Source: Dehalococcoidia bacterium (lineage in GTDB: Bacteria > Chloroflexota > Dehalococcoidia > Lucifugimonadales > UBA3495). From it: a DNA stretch of 64,000 bases. The translations under genes were made by a program, and so were the position numbers. This document shows positions 17,937-27,586 of the stretch, piece by piece (positions within the stretch are counted from its first letter, which is position 1; each line of letters starts with the position of its first letter). The notes below the pieces were generated by a model. It made no database searches. It was not told the DNA's origin and saw only the letters and a list, made by a program, of their open reading frames with translations. The DNA is taken from positions 27,365 to 91,364 of the forward strand of contig DAOUHE010000178.1 of the NCBI GenBank assembly GCA_034428715.1, read 5' to 3'.

Positions 17937-18028
17937 CCGGTGTGCCTGAGTCTAGCGCGGGCGGCCAGAAAACACGGCCCGGACAACCAGTAAGGATTGC
18001 CGCCTTTTAATTACCCATGAACCCACCC

Positions 18029-18057
18029 TTGTGACGATGGCTCGGGTCCGGTATATT
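18029..18057 (+). promoter_or_regulatory. Sigma-70-like promoter candidate for gap.
   Basis: TTGTGA (18029-18034), a 17-nt spacer, then TATATT (18052-18057), about 70 nt upstream of the gap ATG. Confidence 0.35.
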
Positions 18058-18125
18058 ATGGGCTGGATACGGTTGGCATATAGAATTTTTGGCGAAATCT
18101 AGCGTTGTGGCTGTGGAGGTTGAAT

Positions 18126-19139
18126 ATGGTTACCCGAGTGGGAATCAATGGCTTTGGCAGAATCGGACGGTTGGTGCTTCGGGCTACCAATTCCCTTCAT
18201 TCCGACAAATTGGAAGTGGCGGCGGTGAACGACCTGACCGACGCCAAGACCAACGCCCACCTGTATAAATACGATACCAGTTACGGTCCCTACGAGGGCA
18301 CCGTGGAAGCCAACAACGGCGACCTGGTGGTAGACGGCCACAGCATCAAAGTCTTCTCCGAGCGCGACCCGGCCCAGATTCCCTGGGGCGAGATGGGCAT
18401 CGATCTGGTGATCGAATCCACCGGTATCTTCACCGAGGCGGAAAAAGCCAGGGGCCACTTGGCCGGAGGCGCGAAGAAAGTGGTGATCTCAGCTCCTGCC
18501 ACTGGTGAAGACCTGACAATAGTGTTGGGCGTGAACGACCATTTGTATGACGCTGAAAAACATGCCATCGTCTCCAACGCCTCATGCACCACCAACTGCT
18601 TCGCCCCCATGGTGAAGGTGCTCCACGATGCGTTTGGCATAGAACACGGACTGATGTCCACCATCCACTCGTACACCAACGACCAATCGATTCTTGACCA
18701 GCGCCACTCCGACCTGCGCCGGGCCCGGGCCGCGGCAATGAACATCATCCCCACCAACACCGGCGCCGCCCGGGCAGTGGGACTGGTATTGCCTGAGCTC
18801 AACGGGAAGCTTCACGGAGTAGCTTTCCGGGTGCCCACCGCCACCGGTTCAATAACCGACTTTGTGGCCAACCTTTCGAAAGATGTGACGGTAGATGAAG
18901 TCAACGAGGCATTCCTGAAAGCGGCCCAAGGACCGATGCAGGGAATCTTGGAATATACCGACGAGCCGTTGGTCAGTTCAGACTGCCGGGGCAACCCCCA
19001 CAGCTGCATCTTCGATTCTCTATCAACCATCGTCATGCAGGACCGGATGGTAAAGATCATGGGTTGGTACGACAATGAGTGGGGTTATTCCTGCCGCACC
19101 GCTGACTTGTGCGCGATGATGAGCGAGAAAGGCATCTGA
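18126..19139 (+). CDS. gap: Type I glyceraldehyde-3-phosphate dehydrogenase.
   Basis: Motifs [23 protein letters not shown] and WYDNEWGYS. Start moved to ATG 18126. Confidence 0.95.
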   Translation: MVTRVGINGFGRIGRLVLRATNSLHSDKLEVAAVNDLTDAKTNAHLYKYDTSYGPYEGTVEANNGDLVVDGHSIKVFSERDPAQIPWGEMGIDLVIESTGIFTEAEKARGHLAGGAKKVVISAPATGEDLTIVLGVNDHLYDAEKHAIVSNASCTTNCFAPMVKVLHDAFGIEHGLMSTIHSYTNDQSILDQRHSDLRRARAAAMNIIPTNTGAARAVGLVLPELNGKLHGVAFRVPTATGSITDFVANLSKDVTVDEVNEAFLKAAQGPMQGILEYTDEPLVSSDCRGNPHSCIFDSLSTIVMQDRMVKIMGWYDNEWGYSCRTADLCAMMSEKGI

Positions 19140-19215
19140 TCCACCAGTCTCCCGCGTATTTTTGGTAACAACTGCGATCGAACGATCACGGCTTAACCAG
19201 TCCCCGCGCATCGGC

Positions 19216-19251
19216 TGCTCCCTACCGGGCTGACCAGCCCGGTAGGGAGCA
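19216..19251 (+). terminator. 16-bp perfect GC-rich hairpin downstream of gap, either a factor-independent terminator or a REP-like element.
   Basis: TGCTCCCTACCGGGCT, loop GACC, then AGCCCGGTAGGGAGCA. No U-tract follows. Confidence 0.4.
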
Positions 19252-19397
19252 TAAGTAGCCAACACCGGCCAACGACTGGCATGTCTGCCCCGATGGTCTG
19301 GGTTGGTTAGCCGAAAGCCCAATCGCACGGACCGGCGCGATGCCGATTCATCCCCAACGCTGGACTCGAACTTGATGCACCAGCTCCCCTTCTGCCA

Positions 19398-22300
19398 ATG
19401 CTAGACCGACGGCGGCGGCATCTCTCCTGGACATTCATCGCCTTGGCGCTCATCGTCCTTTTGGCCTTGGGGCTGCGGTTGCACGGCCTCAACTGGGACA
19501 GCGGCTACGGCTTTCACCCCGATGAACGGGACATCTACATGCGGTCGGGTTGCATGTACGAGGCGCTGGCCGCCAACCCCGGGTATGCCAAGTGTGGATA
19601 CCTGAACAGCCAACCCCAGACGGTTCCCGGGATACCGGGCATCAGCGTATTTCTTGACCCGGAGCGAAGTCCCCTAAACCCCCATTGGTTTCCCTTAGGC
19701 AGCATCCTGCTCTACCTTATGGTCTTCATACGCTCCATCGTGGAGTTGTTCACCGACGTCTCGGCCCTGGAAATGCGCTACGCCGGGCGGGTGATTGCGG
19801 CGCTGGCCGACGTTGGTTCAGTGGTAATGGTGTTTGTCTTGGGGCGAAGGCTGTACGGCGGCGCCGTGGGTTTGTTGGCGGCCTGCTTCACTGCCATCGC
19901 GGTGATTCATGTTCAGAACAGCCACTTCTTCCGGCCCGAAACAATGTCTGTCCTGTTCACCCTGGTCAGTTTCTGGGCCATGCTGCGGATGGTCGAGCGG
20001 AAACGCCTGAAAGATTCATTGATCTTGGGGCTGGCCATTGGGTTGACCATGGCTCCCAAGGTCAGCGGGCTGCCCCTGGTGTTGCCCTTGGCCTTGGCTT
20101 ACGGCTATCGGCTCTGGGACGTTTGGACGCCTGGTTCAGGGCCTCCTGGAGACACTGGTGGCTTGCAGCCCAATCGCTGGCTCGGCATGGTGCGGGTCGT
20201 TGGGCAAGGGGCGCTGGCGGCGGCGGTGGCGGTGGCAGTCTTTTTGGTGAGTTCCCCTTATTCCTTACTGGATTTCCAGTCTTTCGTAGGCGACGTGGCA
20301 GCCCAGGGCAACATGGCGCGCCATGCCGGGCTATGGCCCTTCACGGTGCAATACATCGGCACGGAACCATTCCTTTACCAATTCAAACAGAGCGCTGTTT
20401 TTGGGTTGGGACTGCCGTTGGGGATCGTTGCTTGGCTGGCGATCCCCTTTACCGCGGCCCTTTTGCTTTGGCCCCGGAAAACCAGAAGGGCGGACCTGCT
20501 GATCCTGACCTGGCTTTTGGGCAGCCTGCTGTTTTTGGAGAGCTTTGAGGTCCGGTTTCTACGCTACGTGTTCCCGTTGATGCCTCTTATGATCTTGCTG
20601 GGTTCCCGGATGCTACTCTGGCTGGTGGAAACGGGGCGTTGGGCCGCCGGCAAACCAGCTTGGTTGGCGGACTTGGGCCGGCCAGAGGGCATGTCTCCGT
20701 GGACGCTGAACCGACGATGGTTGTCCACATTGATTTTTTGGGCGCCGGTTGTCCTCATTTTGGCGGTTGTTGGCGCGACGGCGTTTTACAGCCTGGCTTT
20801 TCAACGGGTTTACGCTCAGCAGCACCCGGCGGTCAGGGCGTCCCTCTGGATCAACCAAAACGTTCCCTTCGGGATGGCGATAGTCAGCGACAACCACTGG
20901 GACGAACACCTGCCCGATCTTTATGGCTATCGGGTCTGGCAGTACCCGGTATACGAGGGTGAGACCCTGGCCAAGATGGAGACCCTGGCCCAGAGACTGG
21001 CTTCTTCGGGGTATCTGGTGTTCTACAGCAACCGGCCCTATACCAGCGTTTCCCGCGACCCTCAACGCTTTCCCTTTAGCACCAACTATTATCAAAGGCT
21101 CTTCGCCGGTGATCTTGGCTACCGGTTGGAAAAGACTTTCACGTCTTACCCGGCTTTGCTGGGGGTGGAATTCAAGGATGATCCTCTGGAAGACGCCGGC
21201 CTGCCCAGGCCCCAAATTCTTCAAGGGGGAGAGACCGCCATCAGTTTTAACCTGGGTTATGCTGATGACAACGTGGTTGGCTACGACCATCCCCAGGTGT
21301 TGGTGTTCCGCAACGTAGAGGGGTTATCCGAGAGCCGGATCCTGGATAGCTTGGTTCGAAGGCCCGTGGCTCAGGCGAATACCGCCTCGCCGGGTTTGAT
21401 GTTGTCGGACGATGAAAAAGCGTCGCAACGCGGCGGCGGCACGTGGTCGAGGATAGTTGACCGCGATAGTTGGACCAACCGTCTGCCGGTGCTGGCGTGG
21501 CTGCTGGCTGTGGAAATGGTTTACCTGGTCAGCTTGCCTCTCGCCATGTTCATCTTCCGCCCCCTTGCCGACCGGGGGATCATCCTCGCGCGTATCTTGG
21601 GGCTATTCGCCGTCGCCTATCTAGCCTGGATCATTGTCAGCCTGGGGTGGGTGGACTTCTCCCGCGCCGCCATTTTCTTGGGGTTCCTGGGCTTGGCGCT
21701 GGTTTCGGCGCTAGCGCTGGTGGCCCAGTGGAATGAGATCAGGGAATTCGTAGCTCGGAAGTGGCGGCTGTTGCTGACCGGGGAGGTTTTGTTTCTGGTG
21801 GCCTTTCTGGCATTCACCGCCGTGCGAGCCGCCAATCCCGACCTTTGGCATCAATGGCGGGGCGGCGAAAAGCCGATGGAGCTAGCCTATCTCAACGCGG
21901 TGATCCGTTCCACTTCCATGCCGCCCTTCGACCCCTGGTTTGCCGGGGGATACCTGAACTATTACTACTGGGGCTACTTCATTCCCGCGGTTTTGGTCAG
22001 GATCACCGGCATAATCCCCACCACGGCGTTCAATCTGGCGGTCCCACTGTTTTTCGCCCTGACGGTAACGGGGGCATACTCGCTGGTTTACAACCTGGCC
22101 GAGGGTGTCCGCGGTTCCCGGGAATATGAATCTGGATTGATGGGCCATCGTGGCTACCAGGGTAGCAGGAGTTGGCGTCCCAGCCTGGCGAGTCCCGTGT
22201 CAGCTGGATTGCTGGGTGGCTTGTTCATCGCTGTGATGGGAAATCTGGACGGAATCGTGCAGGTTGCTCAGGGTGCCTGGCATAAAACGTTTGATTGGAG

Positions 22301-23939
22301 CACCGCGTTTCCGACGTTCGACTTCTGGCGCAGCAGCCGAATGATGCCCCCCAATCAGGAGAATTTTGATCCGGTGCCGTTGGCTTTCTGGGTGCCAGAC
22401 AAAATCGCCGGCTCACCTGAAATTGCGTTCCACATCACCGAGTTCCCCTTCTTCACCTTTCTTTTCGCCGATCTGCATCCCCACATGATGGTGATCCCCT
22501 TCACTTTATTGGTCATCGGCCTGGGTTTGAACTTGGTGGTGGGTTTGAGCCGTCAAAGCAGGTGGTGGATCGCCGCCGCATCCGTTGCCATGGCCATGGC
22601 GTTGGGCGCGCTGTGGGTGGTGAACAGTTGGGATTACCCGTCTTACGTGTTGTTGGCATTGGCGTTAGCCGGGCTGGCTGTATATTTCCGCCGCGGCCCC
22701 ACCAATTCAAAAATAGTCATGGTGACACTCATATCCGCCGGGATCGTGACGGTCAGCCTGGCCGCGTTCTGGCCGTTCCATCAATCCTACGAAGCCTTCA
22801 ACGCTGGGTTGGACGTGTCCAAGTGGCGAACACCTATCGACCGCTATCTGGCGATACATGGTTTGTTTTTGTTCATCGCCGCAACATTTTTGATCGTCCA
22901 AACCACCGGCTCGGTACGGGGGATGTTCGGCTCTGGAGGCGATTCAAGTTTGTCTAGCCGGACACCCAAATGGCTTCTGGGCATAGGAATTTTGGCCGTG
23001 GGGATGCTGCTGGTGGTGAATTACTGGACCGCGGCGATGTTGGCTGGATTTTTGACGGTAACGGCCCTGGCGTTTTGGATGGCGGTGACATCGGCCCGGC
23101 AGGAAAGTCAATTCGAATCGGTTTCCTTGGTGCTCCTGGCTATGGCGTTGGCCATCGGCATGGGAGTGGATTTCGTGCGGTTAGAGGGAGACATCGGGCG
23201 CATGAATACCCTTTTCAAATACTATCTGGAGATTTGGGTTTTGTTCAGCGTTGCGTCAGCATATATGGTTTGGCGGTTACTGGCTGATAGCTCGCTGAAT
23301 CAAGGTTCCGCGGCGCCGAACAGGAATGCGGTCTGGTGGCGGTCTAACCGGCCAAAGGCCGCGTGGTTGTCGGTCTTGGTTTTGCTGATTGCTTGTAGCC
23401 TAATCTACACCGTCATGGGAACCAAGGTCCGGCTGTCCGACCGGTTTAACATCACTCCTTTGACGTTGGATGGCACGGCGTTTATGGAGAATGCGGCGCA
23501 CGTTGAAGATGGCCAGACGTTTGGCCTGGGGCCAGATCTGGAGGCCATCCGGTGGCTCCAGGACAATGTCGAAGGGTCGCCGGTGATTCTTGAAGCCCAC
23601 AATGAGCAGTATCACTGGAGCGCCCGCATCGCCAACTATACCGGATTGCCCACGGTATTGGGTTGGCCGTGGCACCAGATTCAGCAACGGCTGGACTATA
23701 GGGAAGAGATTCCCCGGCGGGCCGCCGATGTGGCTGAGATATATAACACTACCCAAATGACCCGCGCGGAAGAGTTGTTGCGGCGTTATGACGTTGCCTA
23801 TGTGGTGGTGGGAGAGTTGGAAAGGATTTACTACGGTAAGCAAGGCCTGAGCAAATTCCCCCATATGATCGAGCAGGGTTTGCTGCGGCAGGTGTATTCC
23901 AACAACGGGGTGGTCATATACCGCACCACCTGGCAGTGA
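19398..23939 (+). CDS. Chlor_Arch_YYY / DUF2298 family polytopic membrane protein with an N-terminal ArnT/PMT-like glycosyltransferase-type region.
   Basis: 1513-aa highly hydrophobic ORF. The YYYxG signature (LNYYYWGYF) is encoded at 21960-21974. The N-terminus resembles GT39/GT83 dolichyl/undecaprenyl-phosphate-sugar transferases. Confidence 0.8.
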   Translation: MLDRRRRHLSWTFIALALIVLLALGLRLHGLNWDSGYGFHPDERDIYMRSGCMYEALAANPGYAKCGYLNSQPQTVPGIPGISVFLDPERSPLNPHWFPLGSILLYLMVFIRSIVELFTDVSALEMRYAGRVIAALADVGSVVMVFVLGRRLYGGAVGLLAACFTAIAVIHVQNSHFFRPETMSVLFTLVSFWAMLRMVERKRLKDSLILGLAIGLTMAPKVSGLPLVLPLALAYGYRLWDVWTPGSGPPGDTGGLQPNRWLGMVRVVGQGALAAAVAVAVFLVSSPYSLLDFQSFVGDVAAQGNMARHAGLWPFTVQYIGTEPFLYQFKQSAVFGLGLPLGIVAWLAIPFTAALLLWPRKTRRADLLILTWLLGSLLFLESFEVRFLRYVFPLMPLMILLGSRMLLWLVETGRWAAGKPAWLADLGRPEGMSPWTLNRRWLSTLIFWAPVVLILAVVGATAFYSLAFQRVYAQQHPAVRASLWINQNVPFGMAIVSDNHWDEHLPDLYGYRVWQYPVYEGETLAKMETLAQRLASSGYLVFYSNRPYTSVSRDPQRFPFSTNYYQRLFAGDLGYRLEKTFTSYPALLGVEFKDDPLEDAGLPRPQILQGGETAISFNLGYADDNVVGYDHPQVLVFRNVEGLSESRILDSLVRRPVAQANTASPGLMLSDDEKASQRGGGTWSRIVDRDSWTNRLPVLAWLLAVEMVYLVSLPLAMFIFRPLADRGIILARILGLFAVAYLAWIIVSLGWVDFSRAAIFLGFLGLALVSALALVAQWNEIREFVARKWRLLLTGEVLFLVAFLAFTAVRAANPDLWHQWRGGEKPMELAYLNAVIRSTSMPPFDPWFAGGYLNYYYWGYFIPAVLVRITGIIPTTAFNLAVPLFFALTVTGAYSLVYNLAEGVRGSREYESGLMGHRGYQGSRSWRPSLASPVSAGLLGGLFIAVMGNLDGIVQVAQGAWHKTFDWSTAFPTFDFWRSSRMMPPNQENFDPVPLAFWVPDKIAGSPEIAFHITEFPFFTFLFADLHPHMMVIPFTLLVIGLGLNLVVGLSRQSRWWIAAASVAMAMALGALWVVNSWDYPSYVLLALALAGLAVYFRRGPTNSKIVMVTLISAGIVTVSLAAFWPFHQSYEAFNAGLDVSKWRTPIDRYLAIHGLFLFIAATFLIVQTTGSVRGMFGSGGDSSLSSRTPKWLLGIGILAVGMLLVVNYWTAAMLAGFLTVTALAFWMAVTSARQESQFESVSLVLLAMALAIGMGVDFVRLEGDIGRMNTLFKYYLEIWVLFSVASAYMVWRLLADSSLNQGSAAPNRNAVWWRSNRPKAAWLSVLVLLIACSLIYTVMGTKVRLSDRFNITPLTLDGTAFMENAAHVEDGQTFGLGPDLEAIRWLQDNVEGSPVILEAHNEQYHWSARIANYTGLPTVLGWPWHQIQQRLDYREEIPRRAADVAEIYNTTQMTRAEELLRRYDVAYVVVGELERIYYGKQGLSKFPHMIEQGLLRQVYSNNGVVIYRTTWQ

Positions 23940-24265
23940 ACGGGCCTGGTTAACCCAAGACAAGGTTTCCGCTCCGCCACCGGACACCTCTCAATGTCCG
24001 CTGGTTAGCCCATTATCCTGCGGGACGGCGATTTAGGTCCAGAATTTCTATATTAATATAAATTAAAATTAAGAATATATTTGATGCCTGTGGTTTCTAC
24101 ATCTTACGCCAACCTATGAGTATGATTCACGTATGGTTTGACTGAGTTTGCGGTAAAAACCACTGAAATCGATTAGAAATACCCATTAAAGTCATTGACA
24201 CAACATTGACATAACTGTTAATGTCTAGGTGGATTATCAACATAATCTTAATTTAAACCAAGGGG

Positions 24266-24547
24266 ATGACCATCGAGACGATCGCAGCCATTCGGGACCT
24301 GGCAATCATCGTCTTGGCTGGCGTTGCTGTAATAGTCCTCCTAATGGGGGGTGTCTCGATCTACCGGCTGTCCCGGTCGGTGCACCGGACTGCCGGTAAC
24401 GTGGAGGCCATTTCGGCCATACTCCTTGAGAGCGTGGCCAAGCCGTTGAGGAACATCCCCACGATTGTGGAAACAGGTAGAAACGTGTTGGGGTGGGTGC
24501 AGGAATATTTATCTAAAGAACGGAGGAATGAACAAGATGACGAGTAA
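24266..24547 (+). CDS. DUF948-like small membrane-anchored protein.
   Basis: 93-aa ORF with one N-terminal TM helix followed by a helical region. It is paired with a YtxH-like gene, as is commonly seen. Confidence 0.5.
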   Translation: MTIETIAAIRDLAIIVLAGVAVIVLLMGGVSIYRLSRSVHRTAGNVEAISAILLESVAKPLRNIPTIVETGRNVLGWVQEYLSKERRNEQDDE

Positions 24548-24773
24548 TCAGGTTGTAACTGGAATCATTGCCGGAGCGGTATTCGGCACAGCGTTGGGTC
24601 TGTTGGTTGCGCCGAAGACCGGAAAAGAGACCCGTGAGATTGTGGCTACCAGGGGATCTGCCATGAAAACCAAGGCTGCAGATTATTTCACCGTCATACG
24701 TAACAAGATGAAGAAGAGCGAAGAGGTGGAGAGCCTCAACGGGACTTCCCACTCCGCGGAAATCAGCCTATAA
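24537..24773 (+). CDS. YtxH-domain protein.
   Basis: GIIAGAVFGTALGLLVAPKTGKETRE is the YtxH signature. Start chosen at ATG 24537, 10 nt after GGAGG; ATG 24528 is an alternative. Confidence 0.7.
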   Translation: MTSNQVVTGIIAGAVFGTALGLLVAPKTGKETREIVATRGSAMKTKAADYFTVIRNKMKKSEEVESLNGTSHSAEISL

Positions 24774-24966
24774 CCCTACCCAAGATGATCCAATCATGAG
24801 AAGACTCAGCGGATTGGTTCCGGGCGCGGCTGATGGCGGCGGCCCCGGGGCGTTAAGTCAGGCCAACCCCGGCACATAGATAGGCCTTTACCTGCTGGCC
24901 CTTCCAAAAGTGGTTCACGTGCTGAGAGAGTGAAGTGATGTTGTGTGGTAGTGCTCTTAGCGGTGA

Positions 24967-24994
24967 CCCCTTAGGAGGGGCCAGCTTTTATTTT
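24967..24994 (+). terminator. Weak intrinsic terminator candidate.
   Basis: CCCCU-UAGG-AGGGG stem-loop followed by CCAGCUUUUAUUUU, in the convergent gap before the pheA end. Confidence 0.3.
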
Positions 24995-25019
24995 GCCGAA
25001 ACCGCTTTAGCGGTGGGAC

Positions 25020-25862
25020 TTATTCTGCCGACGAGCTCCATATGGGGTATGAGCCAAAGATCCTTAACATCCGGCATTGGGCGGAAAGGTTGTGCATTAC
25101 CTCAGAGACATTCGAATCGGTCCGGTGGCCGGCGCAATCTACAAGGAAAATGTATTCTCCTAGATTTTCTTTGGTAGGCCGGGATTCTATCTTCAAAAGA
25201 TTGATCTTTCTCCGGGCGAACTCCCCCAGGGCTTGGTACAGGAGGCCCGAAGAGTCCTTTTCCTGGAAGGAGAAGCAGATCGACGTTTTGTCCCTTCCAG
25301 TGGGTTCATGGTCCTGGGCGGCCAATACGACAAACCGGGTAACGTTGTTCGCGCTGTCCTGAATGTCCCGGCCGATAATCACCACGTCCTGGTTCAACTC
25401 TCCTGCCCTCCGCGGGGATATTGATGCGGCGGGTACGGCGCTCTGTCTCATGTCTGCAACCGCCGCCACGGTGCTTAACGAAGCCATTTGTTGAGCGGAT
25501 GGGAAGCAACGCTCTAGGTATTCTTTGCATTGGGCCAGCGCTTGGGGGTGGGAATAGATTACCTTCACGTCGACCGGCTTTATGCCGGGCATGGCAAACA
25601 GATAATGGTCAATGGGCACCACTATCTCATTTAGGACCGAAAGCCCGGCTTGGCTGATAAGTAGGTCTAAGGTGAAGTTCACCGAACCTTCTAAGCTGTT
25701 TTCGATGGGGACCACGCCTTCATCGGTGATGCCAGAAGATACGGCGGAACCCACCGCGGGGATGGATGGGAACGGTTGCAAATCCGCCTGTGGTTGGTAA
25801 AGCAGGGCTGCTTCTTCTGTATAGGTGCCGGTGGGTCCTAAAAACGCAATTCGTCTGGTCAT
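25020..25862 (-). CDS. pheA: Prephenate dehydratase with a C-terminal ACT domain.
   Basis: Motifs IAFLGPTGTYTEEAA, NVTRFVVL and ESRPTK. Confidence 0.92.
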   Translation of the reverse strand: MTRRIAFLGPTGTYTEEAALLYQPQADLQPFPSIPAVGSAVSSGITDEGVVPIENSLEGSVNFTLDLLISQAGLSVLNEIVVPIDHYLFAMPGIKPVDVKVIYSHPQALAQCKEYLERCFPSAQQMASLSTVAAVADMRQSAVPAASISPRRAGELNQDVVIIGRDIQDSANNVTRFVVLAAQDHEPTGRDKTSICFSFQEKDSSGLLYQALGEFARRKINLLKIESRPTKENLGEYIFLVDCAGHRTDSNVSEVMHNLSAQCRMLRIFGSYPIWSSSAE

Positions 25863-25864
25863 TG

Positions 25865-26524
25865 CTAAACCCCGGTCAAGATGTCGTATAGGGTTTGCTC
25901 TCCCCCATTGGGCGTCACTGCTATGATCTCGTCTTCGGCTTCCAGCACCAAATCTCCCGACGGGCGTTCTACCCCGTTGGTTGTAACCACCAGGGAGATG
26001 AAGCTGCGGGGCGGAAGTTCCACGTCGTCCAGCCGTCGGCCCACCACTCGGGCATCTCCGGGGATGGTGATGCTCATTAATCCCATGGAAGAAGATCGCA
26101 GGTTCATCAAGCGCAAAAATGTCTGGCCGGGAATCCGTTCTTCCAAGCTTTCCAAGATCAAATGGGTGGAGTTGATCACGACGTCCACACCCAATATTTG
26201 GAAGATCGGCTCGTTCTTCGGGTCTTTGATCAAGGCCATGGTCCGGGAAGTCTGGAATACGTGCTTGGCCAATTGGCAGGCGACCAAATTCGTTTCATCC
26301 CGGCTGGTGGCGGCTATCACCACGTCGGCCCGGGTGGCTCCAGCCCGCTTCAGCGTGGATTCGTCGGTGCCGTCGCCTTGCAATGCCACGCTCCCCAATT
26401 CGCCGGTCAGCATCTCGCACCGCACCCGGCTTTTCTCCACGACCATCACTTCGTTGCCCGAGGCCAGCAATGCCTTGGTTAGATGGTAGCCTGTTTCGCT
26501 GCATCCGATGACCAGGATATACAT
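25865..26524 (-). CDS. TrkA/RCK family protein (TrkA-N plus TrkA-C) with a degenerate dinucleotide-binding motif.
   Basis: Start moved to ATG 26524 (MYILVIGCSETGYHL). The GxGxxG position reads GCSETG. The C-terminal TrkA-C-like region includes SITIPGDARVVGRRLDDVELP. Confidence 0.8.
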   Translation of the reverse strand: MYILVIGCSETGYHLTKALLASGNEVMVVEKSRVRCEMLTGELGSVALQGDGTDESTLKRAGATRADVVIAATSRDETNLVACQLAKHVFQTSRTMALIKDPKNEPIFQILGVDVVINSTHLILESLEERIPGQTFLRLMNLRSSSMGLMSITIPGDARVVGRRLDDVELPPRSFISLVVTTNGVERPSGDLVLEAEDEIIAVTPNGGEQTLYDILTGV

Positions 26525-26547
26525 CCAGTTCTCGCCGGCTGTTGGAT

Positions 26548-26949
26548 TTAACTTTGCAATACTTGATTTAGGTCTTGTAGCAGGTCCAGGGTTGGGCTGA
26601 CGACTTCCAGGTCTAATTCTGAGTACAACTTTTGCAACTGGGGATTTTCCAGCCGGCACACCACCTTTCCCACATTGAAGATATGTTTGGCGATTTGGCA
26701 GGTGAGGATATTTTGGTGTTCGTCTTCGGAGAGGGCCATAAAGGCGTCCGCGTTATCTATCCCCCCCAACTGCAAATAGTCCTGCATCAGGGGCTCCAGG
26801 ATCAACATGGGAGTCACCCTTGGCTCATCGGCCACCTCGTTTAGGCAATCCATGTCGTCGCTGAGGACGGTGAACTGGTGTTCTGCCGAACCGGGCGAGG
26901 CCAAAAGAAGGCTGGTCAGAGGGCCGCATCCAAGGATCAAGATTCTCAT
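26548..26949 (-). CDS. TrkA-N-only RCK domain protein with a degenerate NAD motif.
   Basis: 133-aa ORF with MRILILGCGPLTSLL...DNADAFMALSEDEHQNILTCQIAKHIF. Confidence 0.7.
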   Translation of the reverse strand: MRILILGCGPLTSLLLASPGSAEHQFTVLSDDMDCLNEVADEPRVTPMLILEPLMQDYLQLGGIDNADAFMALSEDEHQNILTCQIAKHIFNVGKVVCRLENPQLQKLYSELDLEVVSPTLDLLQDLNQVLQS

Positions 26950-26971
26950 TGCGCCCTCTTTGGTTCCATCC

Positions 26972-27421
26972 TCAATCCAGATAGGGCATTCCCGCCCGGT
27001 CCCTCAAGAATAATACCCGGCATGACGCGTTGTTGAAAATATAGGAGGCCGTGGATCCAACCCGGAATGTTCCGAAGCGCTTACGGTAGGGCACGCCCAA
27101 AACGATGAGGTCTATTCGCCGGTCCTCAGTCTCCTGCACCAAAGCGGGTCCGGCATTCCGAGCCCTGAGGAGCTTGGCCTCCACGTTTCGGAATCTTTCT
27201 TCCGCGCCAATGGCTTCTATGGTTTCAAGGATTCGCTCGCCTTTGGTGATGGCGCTGGACAGTTCCGATTCCAATGGGAGGTCCAACGGAACTTCCATGA
27301 CATAGATCGCGTGAATCTCGGACTTCTCTTGGCGGGCCATGCGGCAAGTCCATCGAAATGTCCGTTCGGTAGCCGGATCACCGTTTACCGGCACCAGGAT
27401 CCGGGTGGCTTCCAGTCGCAT
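26972..27421 (-). CDS. Universal stress protein (UspA family).
   Basis: 149-aa ORF with ILVPVNG...IDLIVLGVPYRKR...GSTASYIFNNASCRVLFLR. Confidence 0.8.
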   Translation of the reverse strand: MRLEATRILVPVNGDPATERTFRWTCRMARQEKSEIHAIYVMEVPLDLPLESELSSAITKGERILETIEAIGAEERFRNVEAKLLRARNAGPALVQETEDRRIDLIVLGVPYRKRFGTFRVGSTASYIFNNASCRVLFLRDRAGMPYLD

Positions 27422-27586
27422 GACTAGGGGCTAGCCTCCAACATTACACCGGACCTTGGGGTCCGGTTTGCCAGTGGAACCGTGATTTTTGAAGGATTAT
27501 AGGCAGGAATTATAGCCAGCGGCACGTCGTAGTTCAACCGCGCCAAAACTTGATTAATCGCCAAAATGACCCTAATTGCCTTCGTC

